From Hydrolagus colliei (Eukaryota): a stretch of 64,000 bases of DNA. Of this stretch, positions 56,601 to 64,000 are shown in pieces. The stretch is from contig CM068771.1 in NCBI GenBank assembly GCA_035084275.1, positions 620,001 through 684,000 of the forward strand, given 5' to 3'. A program made the position numbers and the translations under genes. Below the pieces are notes generated by a model that did not search any database, was not told the origin of the DNA, and saw only the letters and a list, made by a program, of their open reading frames with translations. How positions within the stretch are numbered: the stretch's first letter is position 1; the number at the start of each line of letters is the position of its first letter.

Positions 56601-59058
56601 GGGTGAGCCAGACACTGTCCACCTGACCCTCCGTCCATCCATCCGTCCGTCCATCCATCCTGGAACTGCCTCTGTTTCTAACATGCACACCCCACCCCCA
56701 ACATCATGTCTGTCTTAAGGGATCTGGGGAGAACGGGATTAAGGAATATGGGGAGAAAGTGGGAAATTGGAATTGAAAGGATTAGTTGAGGTACAAATCA
56801 GCCATGAGCTAATTAAATGTTGGAACAGGTTGGAAGGGCTGAATGGCCTCCTCCTGTTCCTGTGTTCCTATGCTCACTCTTGCTGTGACAGTCGGTTTGC
56901 AGAATGCTGGGAAACTCGGTGTTCTCACTCACAATCGCACTCACACTTGTGCTGTCAGTGCGGGAGTCTGTGTATGTGTTCACACTCACACTCATACATG
57001 TGCTCTATTAATACTGGAAGGGCCGTGTATGTGCTCACACTCAAGCTCACACTCACGCTTGTTAGTGCCAGAGGGGCTGTGTATGTGTTCACATTCATGC
57101 TCACACTTGTGTTCTGTTAGTGCCGGAGGGGATGCCACAATCGGAGAGAATCAGGATCGTTGTGGGGGGCGTGGGTTTCGCCTTCGGCTTCATCATCCTC
57201 CTCGCCGGGGTTATCATGAGGCTCAGGAATGCCAAAGGTCAGCCCCCCCGCCTCCCCACTCTCCCCCCACTATCCCCCTCTCCCTTCATCCCCCTCTGAC
57301 TGAATCTCTCCTTTCAACTCACCTCTCCCTACATCACTCCCTTCCATAGTCCTCACCGTCATTACCTCCCATCCACACCCTCTCCTCCATTCCTCCCTTC
57401 CATCCTCCTCCTTCTCCATCTCTCCCCTCCATTCCCCCTCCCTCCATCCCTCCCTTTCATCCCCCTCTCCTTCACCCCCTCTCCCTCTCTCCATCCCCCC
57501 TCCTCCATCCCTTTCCACCATGCCCTCTCATCCACCCACTCCTCCATCCCTTCCCTCTATCCCTCTTCACCAACTTCTCTCATCCACCCACACTTCCATC
57601 CCTCCCTTCCATCCCTCCCTTCCATCCCTCCCCTCCAACCCCTCTTCCTCCAGCCAACCCCCTCCCTCCATCCCTACCATCCAGCCTCTCTCTCCCACCA
57701 TTCCTTTCTCTCTCCATCCTTCCCCTCCATCCCCCTCTACCCCCTATCCCTCCCTTCCATCCCCCTCTCCCTCCAACCCATCTCATTCCAACTCTCCCCC
57801 CAACTCTCCTTCCATCCTTCGCCTTCTATTCCCCTCTCCCTCCACCCCAGCCCCTCCCACTCTCCCTCTGTCATTTTGTTTGTATGTGTGTGTCCCTCGC
57901 TCTCTCTGTGTCTCTCTCACTGTGTGTGTCTCTCTCACTGTGTGGCTGTGCCTCTCTCTTTCTCCCTCACTGTGTGTCTATGTGTGTCTGGCTTCTCACT
58001 ATGGATGTGTGTGTCTCTCTCTCTCAGTGTCTGTATGTCTCTCACTTACGTGTATTTGTGTGTCCCTCTCTCACTAGGTGTGTGTCTCTCTCCATCTCTT
58101 TCTCACTGTAAGTGTGTGAATGTCTCTCTCTCTCTCTCTCAGTGTGTCTGTGTGTGTCTCTCCCTCCCTCTCTCTCTCTGTATGTGTCCCTGGCTCTCTC
58201 TCTCTCCCTATGTATGTGTGTGTGTCTCTCTCTCTCTCTCACTGTGTGTGGTGCTGTGGGCGCAGGAATATACTGATGATGTATAATTTTGTTTCCAGCT
58301 ATCCTGGACGCCAGCGGATCTGGCCCACGTAAGTTTGACAGATCTTATTTTCCTCACATTGCTAACTGCTCACCCGCTTTAAACAAGTCAAACCCTCTGT
58401 GTGTCTTTCTGTCTGTGTCTTAGTCTGTCTCTGACTCTGCGTGTCTTTCTCTGTAGTGTGAGGGGTGATGGTGGGGGTGTGAGAGGGTGATGGTGGGTGT
58501 AGGGGGGTGATGGTGGGTGGGTGTGAGGGGTGATGGTGGGGGTGTGAGAGGCTGATGGTGGGTGTAGGGGGGTGATGGTGGGTGGGTGTGAGGGGTGATG
58601 GTGGGTGGGTGAGAGGGGTGATGGTGGATGTATGTGAGGGGGTGATAGTGGGTGGGTTTGAGGGCGTGATGGTGGGGGTGCGAGGGGTGATGGTGGGGGT
58701 GCGAGGGGTGATGGTGGGGGTGCGAGGGGTGATGGTGGGGGTGTGTGAGAGGGTGAAGGTGGGGGGTGTGAGGAGTGATGGTGGGTGTGAGGTGGTGAAG
58801 GTGGGGGTGTGAGGGGATGATGGTGGGGGTGTGAGCGAGGATTGCGGGAGTGTGAGGGGGTGATAGTGGGGATGTGAGGGGGTGAAGGTGGGGTTTTCAG
58901 TGGATGAGGATGGGGGGCGATATGAGGTGGTCTGGGTGAGAGGTGTGAGCTGGTATCGGAGCCTCTGATGGTATCTGTGTCGGCGTCTCTCGCGGTATCT
59001 GACCCTGTCTGTGACCCTGTTCTATGTTTCAGGGCTGATGGGAGCGAGTGTGAGCTGA
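41589..59058 (+). CDS. MHCIIB: MHC class II beta chain gene, join(41589..41682,52186..52443,56327..56602,57121..57237,58299..58328,59033..59058), 266 aa
   Basis: Six exons with canonical splice sites, all phase 1, join in frame (94+258+276+117+30+26=801 nt). Confidence 0.93.
42965..45177 (+). repeat. Direct segmental duplication, copy B (beta intron 1)
   Basis: Paired near-identical ORF-track entries (31736/43940, 31841/44045, 32630/44836). Confidence 0.92.
45178..46500 (-). mobile_element. CR1 LINE RT to 3' end
   Basis: [38 protein letters not shown] motifs; (gattctat)n tail at the left end. Confidence 0.9.
46502..47800 (+). mobile_element. CR1 LINE RT to 3' end (different copy), with a nested L2-tail fragment at 46825-46980
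   Basis: [32 protein letters not shown] motifs. Confidence 0.9.
47816..48117 (-). mobile_element. tRNA-derived SINE (diverged)
   Basis: Reverse-strand head/tail of the same family. Confidence 0.75.
48556..49254 (+). mobile_element. Old L2 3' fragment (48556-49050) followed by a young L2 fragment (49051-49254) cut off by the hAT end
   Basis: [16 protein letters not shown] motif; the young-family sequence stops at cgcgaccacataacc exactly where the TIR starts. Confidence 0.85.
49255..51574 (-). mobile_element. hAT-derived element, copy 2 (inverted), plus 239 bp of copy-1 left flank out to 51813
   Basis: Reverse complement of 36450-38960, ~98% identical by eye; mirrored ORF-track entries. Confidence 0.93.
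52186..52443 (+). CDS. MHCIIB: Class II beta exon 2 (beta1 domain)
   Basis: [12 protein letters not shown]...FDFNQRKYI...VERFN...MCDNN; Cys pair and NST glycosylation site; ccacag acceptor, gtgagt donor. Confidence 0.96.
52457..54400 (+). repeat. ~1.9-kb G-rich minisatellite (gggggggagagtgtgtgt)n at the start of beta intron 2
   Basis: Starts ~13 nt after the exon 2 donor; homogeneous 5' part, degenerate 3' part. Confidence 0.95.
54721..56240 (+). mobile_element. Young L2 LINE, 5'-truncated, ending ~90 bp before beta exon 3
   Basis: YADDTQLY to tail; premature TGA at 55129-55131; same subfamily as the 21 kb and 34 kb copies. Confidence 0.95.
56327..56602 (+). CDS. MHCIIB: Class II beta exon 3 (beta2 Ig-C1 domain, 276 nt)
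   Basis: VKPKVTI...[15 protein letters not shown]...NGDWTYQV...[10 protein letters not shown]; NGDWT is diagnostic of class II beta2. Confidence 0.97.
57121..57237 (+). CDS. MHCIIB: Class II beta exon 4 (CP/TM)
   Basis: [39 protein letters not shown]; class II beta TM glycine pattern; ttag acceptor, gtcagc donor. Confidence 0.93.
58299..58328 (+). CDS. MHCIIB: Class II beta exon 5 (cytoplasmic, [10 protein letters not shown])
   Basis: ttttgtttccag acceptor and gtaagt donor around a 30-nt in-frame exon. Confidence 0.85.
58455..58900 (+). repeat. G-rich ~22-bp minisatellite (gaggggtgatggtgggggtgt)n in beta intron 5
   Basis: Visible tandem units. Confidence 0.9.
59033..59058 (+). CDS. MHCIIB: Class II beta exon 6 coding part (RLMGASVS*)
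   Basis: tgtttcag acceptor, in-frame TGA at 59056-59058, followed by 3'UTR. Confidence 0.85.
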
Positions 59059-59782
59059 GCTGAGGAGCTGAGTTGAGTCCTGGTGGCTCTCGCTCGGGGG
59101 CCCAGGGACTGACCCCGACCCACGACCGACGTCAAGGCTGCAAAACCACCATGATTACCATGCAAACATGGCGTCCGTCACTGTCGCTTTGCATCAACGC
59201 TGACCCCGCACCGACCCTGCGCTGACCCTAGACTGACCCCACACTGACCCTCTATTGACCACTCACTGACCCCCGCTCTGATCCTGTACTGACCCCACAT
59301 TGATCCCATAATGACCCCAGACTGACCCTGTGCTGACCCCAGACTGACCTTGTGCTGACCCCAGACTGACCCTGCGCTGATCCCTACCCCACATTACCCG
59401 CGAGCCCGGCTGCTTCTGCTGTTTTTGATGATTATGGGGATATTTACTGCAGGTTGTGTGTTGGGGGGATATGGGGTGAGGGAGGTGGGGGGGGGAGGTG
59501 GGGATTGGGATGGTGGGGTGGTGGGGGAGATATACAATCAATGCTGATATCCTGAGCAACCAACATGTCCACGCCCACAGCTCATCAGTGTCCACAGCGG
59601 GTTCCAGGTCTATGGTGTGATCAGGTCTATGGTGTGATCAGGTCTATGGGGTGATCAGGGCTGTGGTGTGATCAGGGCTGTGTCTCAGGTGTCAGTAATC
59701 GCTAAATGCTTTTCTCTGCAAAATAATCATTTTAAAGCCACTGTAACTCCTGCTGGATTACTAGGTTTCAATTTTACAACTT

Positions 59783-59799
59783 AATAAACATGAAATAAA
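59783..59799 (+). terminator. Tandem polyA signals of the beta gene (AATAAA at 59783 and 59794)
   Basis: Two AATAAA hexamers ~730 nt after the stop, followed by GT-rich sequence. Confidence 0.7.
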
Positions 59800-59989
59800 G
59801 ATTGGTTACAGATGTCGTTAGTGGGTTGATTCAGTGTGTGTGTGTGGGGGGGGGGGGGGGGGGGGGCATGGGCTAGCAGGACTGGAGATGAGGTTGGAAG
59901 ATCCCAGTTGGGCTTTCCTGATAAATAAGCTGTAGAGACAGTCTCTCTCTTTTAGTACACACTTCTCTTCCAGCCCCCGTACTGTCACA

Positions 59990-60950
59990 TGTATGCGGAT
60001 GACACCCAATTGTATCTTTCTGCCTCTACCTTCGACTCCAGGACCACTTCTGTCCTGACAGATTGTCTGTCAGACATCAAGTCCTGGATGAGAGCTAACT
60101 TTCTAAAGTTGAATGCTAACAAGCCAAGGCCCTCTTGATTAGTTTCACACATAAGGCACTGGCAGCATCAACCTCCATGATTGCACACTCCACCTTACCA
60201 AACCATTCAGGAACCTAGGTGTCTTGCTCGATCCTCAACTGTCTTTCCTCCCTCACATCCAAGCCATGACCCATGACCTGACTCCACCACTACCTCACCC
60301 CTCAGGCCGCTGAAACTCTCATTCATGCCTTCATCATATCCTGGCTCAACTACGCCGATGCCCAATGCCCTGCCTTCCCAATTCCTCCCTGAATAGGCTG
60401 CAGAGAATCCAAACCTTTGTGAACCATGTCCTTTACTAGTCCAAATTTCATGACCCTTTCTCCCCCATCCTTACCAAACTCCACTGGATCCCCATGACCC
60501 AGAGGATCCAATTCAAGATCCCGGTCCTCATATTTAAAGGATTCCACAGCTTACCCCACCCCTATGTGACCTCTTAACCCCCTACCAGCCTGCCCACCCT
60601 CTCCGCTAAGCTACGTGTTCTGGCCTGCTACATGGCCCCCAACCCACCCGCCCCACCATTGGTGGCTGAGCCTTTGGACACTCTGCCCCCAACCTCTGGA
60701 ACTCCATCATGCAGTCCCTTCGACTCGCCCTCTCCCAGCCTCCTTCAAGTCTCGCCTCAAGACTCTCCACTTCAGCGGTCCAATCGATCACCCCAAACCC
60801 ACCCCACCTCCCCCCCCCCCCCCCCCCACACTTTCCCTCCAGCCTCTCCATCCCCAAACCCAGGTCGGGTCTGAAACAACTAACTGTCCAGCACCTTGGG
60901 ACGTCCTCCCAATGTGAAAGGCGCTATACAAGTGTAATTTTGTTGTTGTT
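59990..60950 (+). mobile_element. Old L2 LINE 3' fragment
   Basis: [11 protein letters not shown]...WMRANFLKLN motifs and L2 tail. Confidence 0.85.
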
Positions 60951-61439
60951 AGTAACAGGAGGAACAGTAGCACTAATGCTCACCCGGCTAATCACACTCA
61001 GTAACCATCGCTCTAAACAGCTACTGGGAGAAGTCTGGTTACTTCCTCTCAGCTAGAGTCCCCTCAGCCCTTGTCACAAACACAATCCACCCACCCCCAC
61101 AAGCCACCACTCCACATAATCCTTAACATTTTACAAGTGTAATTTTGTTGTTGTTGTGAACTCAAAACCTGTCCCACTTGTTCTACTGTCCTCCAGTATT
61201 TTAAAGTGGAGCTTCTCAGACTTTGTCACCTTGAACCCTCCCTATACTAAATAATAATAATAATTCCATACCAAATGGTAGGAATATTATTATTAGAAGA
61301 AAACCATTTCTCCTAAACAACGGAACCCCAACCCGCTTACACATTTCCCAAACGTAATAGGCACAGGTTGGCAAGAGCCAAGTCTTGGTGAGAGCCCAGA
61401 GTGTATGCTGCGGTAACTAATGCAGTCTAACCAGCTAAA

Positions 61440-61790
61440 CCACATAACTTGCCATAGATATCACTGTCTGGCAAGTTTTCCCATTGCTTGTCCAGCTAAG
61501 ACCACCCATCCCATTAGTCAGGACTTTGGCTGCAGGATTAATAGGAGCTGAGTGAGATGATTCCCTGCTCCCGGTGACTAGTCTGTCCTACCGATGAGCC
61601 ACGCTGGGCTGTTCTGTCACCAGCAGTGAGAGAGAGAGCGAGAGAGAGCCCTGGATATACTACGGACCTGCCTGGATCAGGAACAGGACTGGAGACCGTA
61701 GCAGAGATATGCTGGATACCCAAACTGCATTGCCAGACAGGTCACCTTGGAGTCAGGTCAGCTCCCAGGAGACCCTGCTTACCTCACCCT
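61440..61790 (+). repeat. Unclassified ~350-bp repeat (paralog of 24960-25320)
   Basis: Same shared blocks as the copy at 24960-25320, roughly 70-75% identical by eye. Confidence 0.7.
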
Positions 61791-62049
61791 CCAATGAGGA
61801 TTGACTTAGTATAACTTTAATATGGTTGTAATGAGGGGGCAAGTGCTAAAATTATTAATTTTATCTCATAAACCAACTTTCATACTTTTTTGTGTACTAT
61901 TGAAAAAGAGCACAAATCATCGCCACTAAAATAAAACATGATAGGAAACCCAGCACCAAACAATTCTCTGCTTGTTGGTAACTTTACACCATTGGCTTTC
62001 ACCTCTACTCATCTTATAAATTCACATGCAACTTTACTGTAAAAACAGG

Positions 62050-63250
62050 CACCAGATCAGTGAATCCTGAGAGGCCAGATGCTCAGAGCAGACACGTATC
62101 TCAGCACTTGGCCGCTGTAAGTGACCCAGGTAGTGAGTGAGGTGTAAATATCACCATCTAGACCTGGCTCGAGCACCAGACAAAGGAACTACATGTTTAC
62201 AATCCATCAAATCACCCCATGACTGGTCAGGACTCTGGTGGGGGGGTTACTGTGCATTGAAGCTATAAGCACCTCAGCTCCCGGTGCAAAATCAACAGAA
62301 TCCTTCCCCAGCGGAGTGAACAGAAGGAGTTAGCACAAGGGGGTTAACAGAGGCCTGAGAGAGGGGGTAGCACAGGCCTGAGAGAGGGGGTAACATGCAC
62401 ATATCAGTCACACACACAAGCAACAAATGTACACTCATACTGTGACAGCCCAGGCTCACTGAGGGGCAGGCAGAGGTTTAGAAAGCTGTGCGGTGGTTTA
62501 GGAGTGGGGGAAGTGTAGCTGAGTTGGAAAGTCCCCGGCTGGGAGTCAACGCCTCAGACAGTAATACCATAAACAATTATTTAACACAGAACAAACACAT
62601 CAACAGCACGGGTTTAGATACGAGTCAGCAATGGCCTGGGATACACCAATGAGCTGCTGTGTCCACATCTGGTCACCTGTTACTGGGTGAGACAGTGACT
62701 CCCTCTGCCCTGTACCCCACATCATGTACTGTATCTACATTGTACCCTCCATACAGTCTCCCTCTGCCCTGAGAGTGGGTTAAGAGAGGAGGGAGGGGGT
62801 AAGTCAGATCCTATGAATGCTCAGAACTCCCACGTCTGAAAGATTAAATCCCAAATCCCTTGATGAAAATAAAACAACAATAAATTGGTCATTTTGTGGG
62901 ATAGTGCCGTGTGCAATTGGCTGCCGTATTTTGCCCACAAATATACAGTCACTTCACTTTACACTATATATTGTGCAGCACTTTGAGACGTCTAGAAGAT
63001 GTGCAAAGCGATATATCAAATGCAAGGATTGTTATTATTATTATCATTATGGAGAACCTCTGGCCTAGAGTTTTGATTTGGATTTGTTTCTATTTTTAAT
63101 AAAATAATTTGGAGAATTATCAAGTCAGTCAGTGGGGAATCTGCCCTGTAGAATAGATATCCAAAGTAAGATCTTTACACACATGACAGGGACAATCACA
63201 CATACACATATTCACATACTTCCATACAGATATAGACTCACACACATTCA
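62050..63250 (-). repeat. Inverted copy of the cassette unit downstream of the beta gene
   Basis: Reverse complement aligns with 3200-3585 and 4500-5920. Confidence 0.8.
62526..62710 (-). promoter_or_regulatory. Orphan X1-Y-kB cassette, copy 3 (inverted)
   Basis: Reverse strand: X1 62674-62687, 20-bp spacer, Y 62644-62653, kB site 62526-62535; ~96% identical to copy 2 by eye. Confidence 0.7.
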
Positions 63251-64000
63251 AACAACATCAAAATTACACTTGTATAGCGCCTTGCACATGATGAGGACAA
63301 CCCAAGGTGCTGGACAGTCACCGCTTTGGACCCGAGCTGAGGATGGAAGGGGGTGGGGTGTGGGGTGGGATGGGGGACGGAAGGGGGGTAGGACTACTGA
63401 AGACCAGGATCTTGAATTGGATCCTCTGGATGATGGGGAGCCTATGGAGTCGGGTAAGTATGGGGGAGATGGGGTCATATCCATTAAATGGCAGAATAAG
63501 GTCACAGAACTGAATGGCCTACTCCTGTGTTCACAAATAAGGACCATGTTTATGAAACCTGTCATGATAATTTAACTGATTAAAATCTGTTATCATTCTG
63601 ATGAATTTACACTGCAACCACCACCGTTCCCCACCACCACCTCCCACTAAGCCAATATATCCTTCATTAGTTGTGATGCCCAACACTGAACCCAGTACAG
63701 CAGTTGCTGTCTGACCAAGGCTCTGTTTAATTAAAGCATCATTTCCTCTCCTCTATATTGCAGCCCTTTGAGATAAAGGCCAACATCCCATCAGCCATTT
63801 TGATAACATTTATAATAATAATAATCCTTGCGTTTGATATAGTGCTGGTAACATCTTCCAGACATCTCAAAGTGCTTCAAATAATATACTCTGTAAAGTG
63901 AATTAACTGTATATTTGTGGGTGAAGTGTGGCAGCAAATTACGCACAGTAGTGTCGCACAAACAGGCATGGATAACCAATTTATTATAGGTTTTTTTTGA

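Noticed and set aside
19186-56602. W-category or DM identity for the gene pair
   Set aside because: Alpha2 has KDYSF rather than the beta2m-like Trp, and beta2 keeps the class II NGDWT Trp; the beta tail has no YxxL motif. These fit conventional class II architecture.
62300-62435. Short minus-strand ATG ORF after cassette copy 3 as a leader exon
   Set aside because: It ends in a stop with no splice donor and is not conserved in cassette copies 1 and 2.

Overview
Eukaryotic genomic DNA from a jawed vertebrate. The class II sequences and the L2/CR1/Deu-type SINE repeat landscape point to a cartilaginous fish, probably a chimaera/elephant-shark-type holocephalan (inference). The window holds one intact-looking MHC class II gene pair, both genes on the + strand. 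The alpha gene has 4 coding exons (9094-24815, 248 aa) plus a probable 3'UTR exon; the beta gene has 6 coding exons (41589-59058, 266 aa). Each has a recognisable X1-X2-Y promoter. The rest is L2, CR1 and RTE LINE fragments, tRNA-derived SINEs, MITEs, a hAT-derived element and mini/microsatellites. Main observations: (1) a ~190-bp cassette with X1 box, exact 20-bp spacer, Y box and a perfect GGGACTTTCC NF-kB site occurs three times with no gene attached (twice upstream of alpha, once inverted downstream of beta). Its core is far better conserved than its flanks, so it is a candidate distal RFX/CIITA+NF-kB enhancer system bracketing the pair. (2) The beta promoter and exon 1 lie between a ~2.6-kb near-identical inverted duplication and also between a ~2.2-kb direct duplication, so recombination could invert or delete them. 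(3) Both chains have atypical groove residues. (4) Both genes carry decayed tandem copies of their own splice junctions and G-rich arrays directly behind exon 2. All alignments, identities and residue numbers were done by eye; repeat boundaries are approximate and no database search was run.
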